64,000 bases of DNA from Tubiluchus corallicola (taxonomy: Eukaryota > Animalia > Priapulida): contig JAQGDQ010000049.1 of assembly GCA_030141605.1 (NCBI GenBank), forward strand, positions 434,001-498,000, in the 5' to 3' direction. The position numbers and the translations under genes were made by a program. The notes below the pieces were generated by a model. The model saw nothing but the letters and a program-made list of their open reading frames with translations, ran no database searches and was not told the DNA's origin. Shown in pieces: positions 26,101 to 40,506 of the stretch. Every line of letters starts with the position of its first letter. The stretch's first letter is position 1.

Positions 26101-29100
26101 TTGAGTAGCACTGTCACGTGCCAATCGTTCTCTTCCTGAATATTTGATGTCATTTTGTGTCTCTGGGACAACATTTTGCAGTTTTCACTAAATCCTTGAC
26201 CATTTCCTCGAGTTTAACTGCCTCGTCCGCTGAAGCCTATATTTCACCGTATGATCAGTAATGTTTTGTTTGATGTGGCCATAGAAATTGATCGTTGCAG
26301 CTGTTTGTCAGGTTTAAATATGAAACTAGGCTGCATACATATGTTATAGGTGGTGGTGACGTCAGGTATGGGGTGTCGTGCTCTTTATATTCAGGCAGCT
26401 TATAAATGAGATTCCTCGTTCAAATAGATAACACACTGTTAATTATACGGTGGAATCAGGCAGCCGTTAGGTACTAAATAGGAAAACCAGGAAGAGGGTG
26501 CTTAGCTGTTTTTCTCGGAAGCAGACGAGGCAGTTGTCGGAAGCCATTATTAAATGTATTCCTCATTTAGAGGTCAGTCAGTATTACTAGTTTCCAAAAT
26601 CCACACTAAGAGTGAAACGACCTACTTTCTACGAATGGATTCTCTTTGTAAAATTGTGCACAGAGGGCCGAGTAAATAGGTATCTCTTGATCCCCTGTGT
26701 TGAAAGAGGTGAAAATGGATTGAAGGCACCGTACTGAAGCATTCTTAAAACTTCCCCATTCTGTGGTGTTTTGACCTGCTTGAGCGTTTTCATCACCCCA
26801 GGATTCGTAACAGTTAACTACAATAAATGAAGCTAAAATAAGAACATTCAGTGTCAAGACTTGACAACAATATGAATAAGTCGTGCGTTAGAGTCGTTTC
26901 TTTTAATCAGAATCAAATTGCAAGCGTTGCCTACTTTAGCGTTATTTTCGATCAATCTTACTCATACGAATGCAACTGGCTTCATTAATTTTAATGATCT
27001 GCTATGGACCTGCACGTAGAAAGGCAAACGAAACCCACTGTGAATTATCGCTACCATTAGAAAGCATTCTTACTATCCAAGTAATGAATTGCGTTGTCCA
27101 TTTTAATTTGAACATTCTTGAGTAAGTATACATTCGAGTTTATTCAACAAGTTGTGGTTGGTTGAAGTGAATTGTTGAGCCTCAAGTTGCATGCTTTTGA
27201 TTTTTCTTAATCATCTGCTCGAATGCTTCATAGAAAACACAGCTTTAGCTTTAGCAGTATTAGTTTATTGACTATAATTCTGCATAATTCGAGACTAATA
27301 CAATACAACAATGGGTAACCAGAAAAATAACTATAGTCCAAAAGGTCATTACCAAAATGTCACATCGAGAACAGATAAAGGTACAAATAATTGTAATGTG
27401 CTATATAGTTAAGCACACGAAACCTATGCCTATAGGTTACTGTGCCTATACTGTCATGAAAAGTACTACACTATACATAACATGCCAGAGAGTAAACTCT
27501 ATTGAACTGGTTGGAACTTATGAATTAGTAGGTTTTCCTTGACGAAAATCAGTGCCCTAGCCTCAATATAACATTAATTAATCCGTAAATATCTTCGATA
27601 CTTCATAACAAATTTTAAATTTATTTTCAAATACATCATTAACGTTAGAAAAATTAACATTCGTGGACTCGTTTCTAGCGTTTTCGGTTTTTTGGCAAGT
27701 GGTTAAAACATGCACTTCCGGTCTGGACAACACCACATTCACAGAGTCTGTTTTCCACTTGTTGGTAAAATACATACGGTTTACATACAGTTTTTTAGTA
27801 TATTTTTTCTCATACGTTTTGTCTGAATTATTTTTACAGTTTATTTGACTCAAAGAACCTGCCCCTCACGTGAGACTATAAATGTTACCTTTTTGTATCT
27901 GTTAAGATAGTACTATAGTTCCTCAGTGCATGTCGGGTTTGAAGTACACTAAGTTGGTCGGGGACTTGCAAGATGGATGTTAGAAACGCCGCGTTTTAGT
28001 GCAGTGTATTTTGGCTCCACGGACTAAGGCTTAATGTTGTCTTGAACCTGCTAACCGACCAGGTTTTCAGACCACTTGGCTGCACCAGCGCCACCTGTAA
28101 ATGACAGTTTACGTTCATAGTAGATAACATAGCAGGTAGCACCAGGATCCTAAAATGAAATTGATTTAGCTGTATTTGTCATCGTCATTAATAAAAATGA
28201 GGGATGGATTCTCTGAGTGAAATAAATTATAAAGATAATTCAGGCAAGACATGTGAAAAAAAGATACAGAAAAACTGTATGAATTTTTTTCCTTTTGAAA
28301 ACCTTTTCAATGCTTCAATGCAAAAATGTATCCATGTGTTCTTCTTCTTGGCACTTTGCCAGTAAGCACATTGTTCAATTTGCAGAATAAGCTGATTCCT
28401 ACGATCGAGATGCTATTGTATACAATTAACTACTAAATTTTTGATAAATCACCATCCTGCTAGCTTCCACTTTAGATAATTAGTATTTGAATTAATATGA
28501 ATGATAATTCGGTTCGCAAAATGATCCAGAAGTATTCTTTGGATATTGAAATGCATTGTGACAACTGTTCTTCATAGCAGTGCATTGTAGCATCATGCGC
28601 TTCTGTGTGAGTTCACCTAGCTGCGTTTCGTAACATTTAGCAAGCTAAATTCATTGAATTAACTTTTATTTCGTTGAATCTACGCGTTAACGATGTTGTC
28701 CAAAAAGAGTTGTGCTGACTTTTTCTTGTGCGTCTTCTTCATGTTCGTGATTTTAACCGCAGTGAAACGAAAACCTCATGTATCACTAAAATTCACCACG
28801 TTATTTCTGTTGTTCTTATACTTGTCACAAGATATCATCCTGCGCTACATTCCGAGCATATTACGATAAAGTTTGGTTAATTGGGTCTTCAGTACTCTAG
28901 CAAGAATGTGTAAGTAAAGACAGTTTTCTGTAGAGAACAGCTCTGGCTGTGTGATATCTTCCATGACGTAAAACGTGTATGCGGGTAGTAGATGCATTTT
29001 CATTTTTGTTTACATTTTAGTTCAATTTTTTGAAATTGTTTTTGATATGACAGTGGCTGTTTTTCAGGAGGTTTTGTATAAATTTTAAGTGAAAACGCAA

Positions 29101-29934
29101 TGGTTTCAGTGCTTAAAATACACTTTTTTCGTGATCTTATCGGGTAGTTTATACCCCCCCCACCCCCTACCGAAGTCTCTAGTTTTCTTGCCAATGATTC
29201 AAAATGCTTACTTTGTTTTCTCTTCTTAAGCGAACTGACAATCAGTTTAGATCTACGAAAAATAACTGTTTCAAATGCACTAAAATACGTACAATCTTTC
29301 TTACATGGAAAATAAATTGATTGCGCTTATACCTGGAAGCTGGCACTCACTGATACACTCCATCTAGATAGCAGTCTTAGCTGAGTAATCAGCGAGGTTT
29401 GTGGTTTATTATAGACAGTTATAACTCACATTGACAAATGAACAATATCTTGCGTGCCCAGTCATCTCGTAATACGAATAAAGATTTGTCAAGTAATCAC
29501 AATAGATTCAGCTTTTATTACCTGTGTGACTTGGGCAGTTATTAAACGCGCATAATGTACAATGTGGCGTAGAGAATTAGGCATTCTTAGTGTTCAGGCG
29601 CAACTTGCAACGGCAACGCAACGAACCGTCACGCTGATAACTCTTTGAGCCCACTAATCTTAGCTGTTGTATTGATTGGCCTCTAGTTCCTGTACTGTGT
29701 AAAATAAACTTCCGTTTGATTAAATAACTTCAATTTTAATTCAGCTAATGTGAACAATCAGTGATTTATTTTTTATGTAAGTGAGTCCTCGCTTGAGAGT
29801 TGCCATTTTATAAAATCTATAAAATTGCTCTGAGGTCTCACACGTTTATTTTCTATTGGGAGCTTTTAGTCTCGCGAACGATTCGACTAGGACAATAAGC
29901 CTGTGCGACAACCAACTCAGCAAACCAGAACTTA

Positions 29935-30120
29935 TGGCGCGTTCAGACTAGAAAGTTCTCTCGGAGAGTAAACTCGCAAGTGTGACCGGCTTGGCAAGTT
30001 TCTCTCGCAAGCCCTTGCGGAATTTTTCTCAGCAACTCTCGCTGAGTTTGCAATAACCTGCGAGAGAACTTGCCAAGCCGTTCACACTGCGAGAGAAAAC
30101 TTTCTAGTCAGAATGCGTTG
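29935..30120. mobile_element. PIF/Harbinger-type palindromic MITE with TTA TSD
   Basis: TTA|tggcgcgttcagactagaaagtt ... aactttctagtcagaatgcgttg|TTA; internal arms cggcttggcaagtt / aacttgccaagccg. Confidence 0.8.
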
Positions 30121-31269
30121 TTACTGAAACTTGGCTGCCACACATTGTGCTAACTGACGAAGTTCGTAAAACCGAATATGAAGCTACCAACAAAAGGAGC
30201 AACTTATGTGAAACTTTATGAACTTAATTGATTTTTTTTGAAACTGCTTCACATAAAGTAAAATCTAAAATATTCACGGGCAAAATTAAGACTACTACGT
30301 AATTATATACGCTAAAACATAATGACTATAATACATTTAAAAGTAAACCTACTAATAGTTGGAACATAGTGATTATCAACTACGTAACGTAGATTGTGGC
30401 ATTGCTGTCGTAATTGTAAATAATGGACTCATTTCTTGCTATAACAAAAGTTTTTACGGCAGCAGTTTACCCTTGTTCAACGACTAAAAAAGCGAAATGT
30501 GAAAATGCTTTAAACTTTTATCATTTGTCTTGCACACTTCGTTCAATCTAAAATTGTTTATACCGTAGCCATTTTGTAAGCAATCGCTTTTTTGCTGGGA
30601 CATTTTGCCGGGTTTGGGCTATTTGAGGATTTAGCCCGCTGTAATAGCTGCAGTTTAACTTGCTTTAAAACACTAAAAACTCTGTCTCATCACGTTTACC
30701 AGGAAGATTAGCGAGGAAGCGAAGAGCTTCAGGACTTCTTTAAGATTTGCGGGGGATGGGAGCGATGTGCGCTCTTCCCCATTTTTAGGTGTCCGGATAA
30801 CACCTTTTTCACGTTTACTACGCAATTATTAAAATTTAGGATTATTTTCATATGTCATTAGGATGCATTGAATTTGGCTCCCTCGATCCTCACTCACAAG
30901 TCTATTAATATAAGCAGTGTCACATTAAAACATTAGCTTTTTTCATTTCTGTAGGCATGTTCAGTTCGTGCATTTATTGCATGCTGAGGGATTTTGTTAT
31001 CCTGAGGTACGATATTCGGAAATGCGTTACTGCAACCAAACACTCAATCTATTTCCCCACGCCTCCCCCTCGATAGTAGTGCTTCTTTTCCCGTGATTGA
31101 AGCCCTTGCATTGAAGTTGGTAGACGCTAGAGCTCAGTGCTTGTTCGTGTATGGAACGTTGAATGCAGAGTTGTGCTTAGCAAAACTGCAGTCTTGTATT
31201 TCAAGTGTTTGATATTGTCTTAGTACATATAACTGAATAGCATTGTTTGTTTTGGATTACACTTAACAG

Positions 31270-31398
31270 CCCTCACTATGTAGTGTGCATAGTCTGCGTG
31301 GACAGTCATCTGTGTATCCTTGGCAACTCCTGAGGACAAAACAGGATGTAAATCTTAATGTCTCTTCCGTATATCCCATTATCCATTCTGCGCCTGAA
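31270..31398 (+). CDS. Candidate alternative exon PSLCSVHSLRGQSSVYPWQ...HSAPE (frame stays open to 31683)
   Basis: ORF begins exactly at ttaacag| in phase 0; GAA|gtgaga donor in phase 0. Confidence 0.22.
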
Positions 31399-34300
31399 GT
31401 GAGAGAAGACCTTTCATTACGACACTTAGAATTCCTTTTTGTCAATACAAGGCGTTACGTGAATGTAGATGGCTTATGTAAGGCAAAAGCAACTTTAAAT
31501 AAATGCATTTTCATTAACGAACCGAAATTTAATATTACTGTTCAGTATGATGAAAGAAAACGTAAAAGATTGGAAATTTATGCAAAAGATAGTAAATGGA
31601 AATATTCCTATAGTGAATTTCAGTTTTTTAAATTTACTCGAAGTTGCCTTCATCACGTATTTCTTAAAACTTTCTGGAGGTAGATGTTTTACACGTGGCA
31701 AAACCAAAAAATGTGCTAATGTACTCTTCAGAGTGTCTTCAGTTTCTTTCGTCGAAGAAAAATTAAACACGTACGTGCACAGTAAATTTTCGCCAATTCA
31801 CCGTTTGTGGAAACGTGTCATGCGACGGTAACGGTTGCGGCTGTTACGGTTGGCGTGAAGCAAATTAAAACTGCCTATAAAGTTGCTCGCATCAGATGGT
31901 TATCAACCGCCTCCTTTTAATCGCCTGTAAAGTGATTAATGTGCTAGCTAACCGTGATTTTACAACCTTTAATTACAAGGAACAATTAATAAAAAGCGTT
32001 CCATGTTAGAAATGAAGCTTTCTGTAAAGAAGATACTGAACTAACATCCAGTATGGTTATCTGGTGACCATATTGCATCTAGGACCCCATACCCTGCTTG
32101 TCAAATTTTTTCTTGAATTAAGAAACTATACAAACTTGTGAATTTTTTTGTGTCATCTCTATGAAATCTTGTAAGGTCTTCCATTAAGTATTTCCTAGAA
32201 TCACTATTGTTTGAATTTAGAAACTTTTCTAGAAACTGTTTCTCATTCGTGTAGGGCCTAAAAACAATAACTTGGACTTCGTCAAAGCTTTTATTTGATG
32301 ATCCAATGCTTTAATGCGCTGAAGCGGCTTGAATCGTCAACTGAAGATGTTGATGAGCTCTAGGTCATTTTTCTAAAAAGTTGCTGAAATTTGTGAGTTA
32401 TATAAGATGAGAGAAATATTCGAGTTTAATGTGCATTTTTCCTGCAAAAATAAATAAAATCGGAAAAAACTCATTGCCCTGACTTCATTCTTCGCGTCAG
32501 TTTGTAGGCTCAATTATGCAATTAAACTTTGAAGCGCTTCATCAAGAGAGCCTCAAAGACATTCTTTCAAGAAGTCAAATTGCTGCAATGCTACTACAGC
32601 TGGTGCTTGCCTCTATTAAATTAGCGGTTGATTGTACTGCCTTACCACTAACGACGTTTGTAGTAGATTCGTTTGAGCTGAACCGCTTGCATTTTACTAG
32701 CTTTGGAAAAGCTTTACAAAATTCTGTGTCCTGCCACGTTTCAGCTACATCTGCCAAGCGAATTTATTCTCACTTGAACCTGTTCACATGTCCGTGTAGT
32801 TTGCCTGCAAAGTAGTGGCACATTCTTGGAATATTATCAAATTCTGCCAAGTTTCAAACTACCTCGACATTGTTAATCAATGATTCTGAGGTCCATCGAC
32901 ATTTGTGCTGATGTGAATGGGTTTTACTGTTTCTTATTCCCTTTATTATAATTACCTTATAAGGCGTTTCTTTCTGTTGACAAGATACTCGATTATAGGG
33001 GTGTCGAGTTATTGCACCTGACATACTTAGCGACACTTTTCTTTCATTTTTCTTTTCTTTTATTTCATTTGACTTTTTATAGCTTATTTGAGTCACTTAT
33101 AGAGCTTGAAAACCATTGTTTGTAACAGGAAAAAATTCCTTTGGAACAAAGGACAAAGTCATTGAACTGAACGTTGAACACCAAGAATACATGACTAATT
33201 CAAACTCCCCAAGTTGCTCCTGTTTTCCAGCCCTACAAAGTAATTCATTTCTTATCTCCGCAGACACATTTGAACATCAGATCAAAGTCATGATGTCAGC
33301 TGTAATTTCTTTCAGGTTGGCACACACAATAACCGAGATTTTTGCCTCGTGGAAGTGCTTCTGTGTAAGACTGTGTTGATTATTTCTAAAAAGCTCTTTA
33401 CACACGACGCGCGAGTTACTGAAATGAAGGGACTATAGCTGCGTAATGTTCTCTTAGTTATTGATTTGGTGAAGTTGCTGTGCCATTTGGTGAAGTTGCT
33501 GTGCCTACAATTCTATTTCTTATAATATGAGGCGAAGTTTATTGTTGGCTTCACTAGTTATCTTGACTAATTGTAAATTAATTAGTCAATTAAGTTGTCA
33601 CTCAGTCTGCCATTAATTCAGTAGTTTAGTCAGTCTCCCACTCATACACTCGTTTTTGGGCAGTCAGTTTGTCCATCCATCCGCCAGTCAGTCAGTCAAG
33701 TATATGATAGCATAGAAAAATTTTAAAAGCAAAAAATTATATTTTTTATTTGTTTCTGTCTTTTTTTTATTTGTTTACAATGTATTTATTTTCATTTCTT
33801 GTTCTTGTCTTTTCTTTAGTTCAATTGCTTTTAGCTTTTCAGTTTGTATGCCTACCCGGTCATGAAAATGCTTCTATGCAAAGTGATTGATTTTGGCGCC
33901 ACCTATAAACAAGAAATACAAACTGTGAATGTAATGCCTTACCTTTTAGTAATGTCTTTTAATAACTTACTGAAATTATACGGTTTCCTTTTCGTTCATT
34001 TTATTAATCTTATAATAAAGATTATAACATTTTAAGAATGTTGGGTTTGATTAATCTGGTTAGTTGCTTGAATGTGCAACTAGTTGGCCGGCAATCCGAA
34101 CAACTACCTAGGTGACTGTCAGCCGCCTGAGGTCTCAGACCGTCAAATATCTAGCTGGTCAACCGGCAGTATATCGTCCATGTAACAACTGTGAACGATA
34201 GCTGTGATTCCACTACATCCACTTCATCAATAAATGAGCAAACTCCTTTTAGTTTTCGAAATCAAATTTCATTGTATTTTGACATCGTACTTTCATTTTT

Positions 34301-35534
34301 CGTACTGCATTGATGACTTTACTTTTAATTCAACTCTTCTCCAGTTTGTTTGCGCTTCATATTTCAACGTATTTCGTCACACTTTAAAGTTTATGTATAT
34401 CGTTGCTGCATATGTATCATCTACCAGCTGACTTTGTTCACCATTTCTGAATTCCAGCCAAGAAAGGCGCATTTTCAGTGACAGTAATGCGTTAGTGTAA
34501 TTCAATCTGAGACCTACTCTCTTTCATTTAGGAGAAAATAAACTCATTTACTTTGTGTAGGGAGAAACAGCAAAGAACTTTTCCCTGGAGGTCTCAAATG
34601 CGTACTGATGTTTGCCGCTGTCTCAATTGGTTATATGTCAACGTCAATATTGTCTACAACGTCTTTTTTGCAGCATTTTTATGAAAAAATTTAATATTCC
34701 GAAAAGATTTTTGAAACTGCAGAACGAAACAGTCAATTTCCAGCACTTCCAGGAAAAGTGTATAATGGCGACTTTCTTTGCCGGTTTAAATCCTCTCTCC
34801 TTCATATGTCCCGTTGTAAATATCCTGGTGATGTCCAGAAATAGGTAAATCTCATGTCTGAGTGGTCACGACGTGCCCATGACTACGAAGTTAAACGTTG
34901 TCAGGCCTGCATAGTAATTGAATAGAGGATAAATTTCGAGAAATATGACACCAAATTACGCCATTTTTGCTATGAATTACGTCAACTCATCGATGATCTA
35001 TCGGTGTTTGAATTTATTTTAGACGTCTTGGTGACACTTTAATTTAATTTTTGTTCTTAACTGTTAATCATGATGTCTTTCAAAAAGCGTTTTAGTTTAT
35101 TAATATCTCTTTGGCTGTAGCTGTGTTCTTTTAATATAGCGTTTGCCCTTTAATTAAGAAATAAATTATGCGTTACCACGTAATTAACATAGTGAATATA
35201 ATTCATGATAAATCACTAACCGCTATCGATGTTTCTCTGCCATTCTTGGTTTAGCTCTTGGCAGTTCTATTCTCTGTCGCGAGATATTTTTCACGCCCTT
35301 AATTTTATGCAGGGGCGAGTGTCGTCATATTACTCACACTATGACGACTTTTGACAACACTATTTGGAAATTATATACTCAAGAATTTAGGAAGCTAGTT
35401 CACATTAACAAGATTAGTACATTGTTTTTAACGTCTATACGTCTCACGAATTAGTGGAAATTACTAATAACTTCAAAGTTGCCGTATTAAAGTACCATTA
35501 TGAGCAGTTAGACTTTCTGGTGGTGTGGTGATTA

Positions 35535-35600
35535 CGACGACGACGACGACGACGACGACGATTATGATGATGATGGTGGTGGTGCTGATGATAATGATGA
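35535..35600. repeat. (GAC/GAT/GGT)n microsatellite
   Basis: Direct reading. Confidence 0.9.
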
Positions 35601-35999
35601 AGACAAGTATTTAGTACAGCTTTCATTTGCAGGCTGCAGTGGAATGTACATAAGGTGACTATAATAGACTAAGCTAAATATCAATCAGAAACTTAACTGA
35701 TTATAGGCTCTGGACATCATGTGATGTGATGTGACGTCACATGTCATGTGATGAGGTGACGCGTGACGCGATGTATTTATTTTTTATTAGGACGTTCAAA
35801 AATTTTATCAATATTTTAATTTTAAAATTGCACCAGTAGTAACGATATTTTCGCAAAAATTCTTGTGTTTATAAAATAAATTGTTTATAAAACAATGTTT
35901 GTAAAACAGTCTTGCAGGTTATAACTTTGCTAAGCTATTTGTAAAATAACAACTAAATTATTCAACAGAATTACCCATTAAATGATTTTGCGAACTATA

Positions 36000-36025
36000 T
36001 TCGTTCGTTCGTTCGTTCGTTCGTT
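36000..36025. repeat. (TTCG)n microsatellite
   Basis: Direct reading. Confidence 0.9.
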
Positions 36026-36780
36026 CATTCCTTGACTGATTCATTGATTCATTAAGAAGTCCGCTTTTTAGTGACGAATATCGCAATTGTCTAATTGATG
36101 TATAAGGCTAAGTCTGTAATAACAAATGCATTCTTTCATGTGTGCATTATAGCCAGGTCGCTTTTATTTATATTGTAGACTTCGTGGCTAATTCATAGAA
36201 TACTGCCTGCAGCTACTCTGAAACACTGTGTAGTTATGAGCAATGTAAGTTCTTGAATAGTGTAACGTGCAAATGAAGCCGCCCGCCATTAACATGACAA
36301 GAAAGCCGCTTTCTTTATACTGTCTCATTATTGTAACGTTAGCAGAAGATTTTCCCACGCAAGTTTTACAAATTTGAGTAAATGCATTGGTAAAGCGGCG
36401 TTGCAATGGTTCTCACATGTTTAATCAAATTTTAATACTCTGTCTTTGTTTGATTGAAAATCTAGATTCTAGATTAGTCGGGTGAGGCCTTTGTAAGTGC
36501 ATTCTGAAATAATTCTGCTTGCCTTTAATTTTCCGTTTAAGTTGGGATAATAAAAAGAACGTCAGTGACTATAAGACTGCTATAATAAGATTTAGTACAA
36601 GTATAGTGTACTAATACATTTTCAATAATTTTGTTTATTTCTTTGCTTTAGTCTGAAAAATTTCATTGCTTTGGTTTATCAGTACAGTGTGTCAGTGAAT
36701 TCAAAATTGCAGGAAGCTAGTAACTTACAATACCATAGTAGATGAGTGTGTATACTAACTAAACTTTAGTAAATAAATTA

Positions 36781-36905
36781 CTAAAGTTTACAATTCCCCA
36801 CACACAAGAAATTAGTTAGTGAAACGGGTTAGGGTTAGCTTTGGAGTTAGGGTTAGGATTAGGGGTAGTGTATTTAAATTGTATTGGGAATTGTAAACTC
36901 CTTCC
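36781..36905. mobile_element. TTAGGG-containing MITE, copy 1
   Basis: agtttacaattccc ... gggaattgtaaact inverted ends with a central degenerate (TTAGGG)n. Confidence 0.8.
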
Positions 36906-38828
36906 AATTGATGATACTAAGTGAGGACATATTTAATCGGGCGGAGTCATGTGACTGTGATCATACTTATTTGCATTAAATTGATTTTTGAAGTTAGTTC
37001 AAAAAGATAAATATAAATAATATAAATATAATGTTTATTCATCGAAGCTGCTCTTACCTTTTTATATAAGCGTGAAAGTTGCATGTTGCTACTGTGGATA
37101 AGTGTGCGTTTGTTTGAAGGAGTTCATGCATGATAATAAGCGCGCATACTACAAATTTCGAATTAATTGGTGAGGCAGAAACGTTTTATTTCGAATTCCA
37201 ATCCTTTTTTCTATCACTTGTGTAGAAAACACTTTACGGCCTTTCCCTTTTTACAATGTTTTCCCATTTTTGTAATTTTAAACGAACCCCATCAGTGCTT
37301 CTGCGTAAAAACTCTGTGTATACAGTTAATCGATCTCTTCAATATCAGAAACACTGCCATTCTATTATACACAGATCAGAAAAATGGATACTTTTATCTA
37401 AACGTTGGCGCTTTGGAAATTATAAATGGATTTTGCAATGTAAACAAAGCGAGAAAATTTCCCAATTTAGTCGTCTTGGTCTATTGAAGTTTACTGAAAA
37501 GCCTGGAGGCTGTCGAAAGCTCGCTGGAGAACTGTGCTGTTGTGTGTTGAAATCAATGAATCTGTCAAATTCGTTCTACTATAACCTTTTACTGGTGGTG
37601 TTTTCGCCGTGTGTTTTGTAATTTTTTAGAATTGTTGCTGGGTGGATATTTTCCATGCTTTTTGCGTTGCAGAAAAAATTTTGTTTTCCAACGCGTTTAT
37701 TACTTTCTTTGATTTACTTTTGATTTCCTTATTTGATTTTCTTTATTTTTTCCTCGCCACGATTCTGAATAACTCGAAAACCAGAGTTCCTAGAGCTACC
37801 AACGTTGCAGGGGAGATACCTGGCTCTGGGTAGGGGCTCAAACAATGGTATAGTGTTTGATCTCGGGTCGAAATTTGAAGGACACTGGACATCGGTCAGT
37901 CTTGCGTTTAATACTAAGCTCCCACTAGTTAGTTTATTTTCGTTTTAGAACGTTGTAATTTTACATCTATATTTCCGGATAGTAAGATTTTCAGGGAAAA
38001 GTTTAACTCTAAGTAAAGTGTTTTTGCAGAATAAATGTAATTATTGACTTTTTCGTGTATTTTAGTAACATGGCTATTACTGTAGCTAAAATATGGTCAT
38101 AAACAATCAACAAATGAAGCGTTTTTCATTTGTCTCTCAAGATGTAATCAGTAGAAATTTTTATAGAAGCTTACAGTTGCACAATTGCACTGCATTTTAG
38201 CACACCACAAACACTTGTGTATGTTACCTAGCAACTATTGTACATGTGTACGCTCATTTTTGAAAACCAATGGCAAGAGGAATTACGCAATTCATTTTGC
38301 AACCTTTGAATTTTGTAGCATCTAGCTACTCTATTTATGTTATTTTTGTTCTGAACGTGAGTGAATAATCTTGTAAATACCTTTATTTTTATGAAACAAA
38401 CAAATTGGCCAAATAAATGTATTTGATTCGTTGCAGTATTTCACTTTTTTCACTAATAAAATTTGGCGTGTGTGTAGTAAAATTAGAGGCAAAGAAGTCA
38501 CAGACTGCCAACTTTTTGTCAGTTTGTCTTCCGTTTGAACTGATTTGTGCTGCTTCTGCCATCTGTCGACAAGTTGACAAAATACTTACTAGCTCATGTT
38601 GCACTGTTGTCTTTTTTGTCATTCAAATGTAAAGTATATGTGATGTGCTTATAGTTGCGATAAATTAGATTATCAACATATAACTTAACATTTATTTCTA
38701 AAATTTGTGTAACACGAAATATAAATTAAATTAAAATAATCTACGTGTAAACAATATCTGTTGCAGACGGTGGTATTATGAAATAAATATGAATTAGAAA
38801 CATAACAGATTTTGTTTTAACTCTTTAG

Positions 38829-38917
38829 GCGAGAAGCCCATCTGAAATGGCTCTAAACACCCAGGAAGCCACAAGACAACAGCGTGAATTGATCATGCAG
38901 CTGGAAGCTAAGAATAG
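38829..38917 (+). CDS. Dyb: Dystrobrevin exon (coiled coil 1 start): ARSPSEMALNTQEATRQQRELIMQLEAKNR
   Basis: ctctttag acceptor, AG|gtacgt donor; resembles QQRQLIAELENKNR; phase 0 to 2. Confidence 0.96.
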
Positions 38918-39339
38918 GTACGTAACTATCAATTAGTGATTGCTAAAATGCTTTTTGGCCAACCCCCGCTGCAGGGTGTTGTGGGCCTACCGCAAATTCT
39001 AAATATGCCTACTAAATCCACCGTTGAATGGGCTATTCAACCATTACCCGCACTGCCCCGGCACGTTCTGTTCTCCAGAAATAAAAGGCATAAGTTTTGT
39101 GGGCAAAAATATGGACAAAAATGCCCCTGTTCCTCCCATGTGGCTTGCTTCGAAAAGTAAATCATCAGTGCGACGACATTAGATCGAGACCTTTCGCAGA
39201 TCACCCGGAATGGTGCTATCCTTATAGCTGTAACCTCGAATTTTTATACATATGTCCAGATACAGCTGAAATTAATTGTAAGATGATTATTAAAACAGAC
39301 GAAACTAATTTTGTTGTAACTGTATTGTACATATCCCGA

Positions 39340-39630
39340 CTGTAGTAAGCATTTGAACCTCTTGGGGTGGTTGTGAGTTCGATTCCACGACTGGTATTAC
39401 TAAAAATTTCGAACAGTAGTATCTATTTTTTCACTGAAATGCATAAAGCACTAGGAATATCAGGACAGAACCAGGGCAATAACAGTGGCTGTCCCCACAA
39501 TTACCAATATTTTTGCCCAAATAAGGCTAGGCTAACCATGTCTCCCATGAGTGATGGTAGTATTTTTGCAAAGTGTGGTTGTTATCCAATGCAAAGAACT
39601 AACCACACCGTAAAAGCACTTGCACGGGTC
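39340..39630 (+). mobile_element. Decayed tRNA-derived SINE
   Basis: Pol III B-box-like gagttcgattcc at about 39376 followed by a SINE-body-like tract; no cloverleaf. Confidence 0.4.
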
Positions 39631-40298
39631 ATTTTACATATTATATAACCAATTGCTGTTGGAAAAGTGTATGTATGGTTAGTATTTAGTATTTTACATG
39701 ACTGAATAGTAATCCCCCGAATTTTGAGTTAGATGAAATCGTCTGCGTGCTTTTATGGAAAATGGTACATTACAAAACAGTTATGCAACTAAAAGTTTGA
39801 GCCCAGATTGCAAGGTTTAATTGCACAATTTTTAGTTGCATATATCTGCAAGCTCTCATAGACTTTGCATTTCGTTCTCATAGTTACAATTATCAATTCT
39901 TCACTTTGATAATAACAACTGATTAATTGGTAAATTGTTATCAGTGTATGTGATCTATTCTCAATAAAATTTTAGACATATTTAAAGCTGAAAATTCTTC
40001 CTAGTAGTTTAAGTAATCATTTTTGTAATGGATGATGCACAAACATATTATCATTATCGTCGTGCTTCAATAGCAGGACTTTTTTGTGTCTGGGAGTCCA
40101 TTGTACAGTTATACTCGTGAGAGAAACCTTACAGAAGCGCAAGCTGGTGTTACAACTAATAGGCCTGCTTTTTAATAGAGAAACCTATTCAGCTTTATAA
40201 GTATGTAACTAAAGCTAATTGGAATCAAGAGTCTCTTTAAAATAAATGATATATTATGTAGAGGAATCTGAAGATGAAAAATATTCATATCATTCTAG

Positions 40299-40506
40299 GG
40301 AGATAATGCGCGAAATTCAGCGGTTAAAGAAGGAACAAGAACTAGCAGCGAATGAGCAGTCAGTCTCTGGTCATAACCCGACTTTAATGGCTGAATTGCG
40401 GTTGCTGCGGCAACGGAAGGATGAGCTCGAGATGCGAATGGGGGCACTGCAAGAGAGCCGTCGAGAGCTGATGGTGCAATTAGAGGGTCTGATGAAAATG
40501 TTAAAG
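40299..40506 (+). CDS. Dyb: Dystrobrevin exon (coiled coils): [14 protein letters not shown]...[44 protein letters not shown]
   Basis: cattctag acceptor, AAG|gtttgt donor; highly conserved dystrobrevin coiled-coil sequence; phase 2 to 0. Confidence 0.98.

Noticed and set aside
33730-33850. Very long U tract with three AGs and a possible 3-nt exon (cag|TTT|gtatgc)
   Set aside because: Competing acceptors and low-complexity sequence; cannot be distinguished from a decayed poly(T) tract
37167-37621. Overlapping 106-aa and 121-aa ORFs
   Set aside because: Non-ATG or arbitrary starts, no motifs, no phase-compatible splice sites
39370-39392. tRNA gene suggested by gttcgattcc
   Set aside because: No acceptor or anticodon stems; better explained as a SINE head
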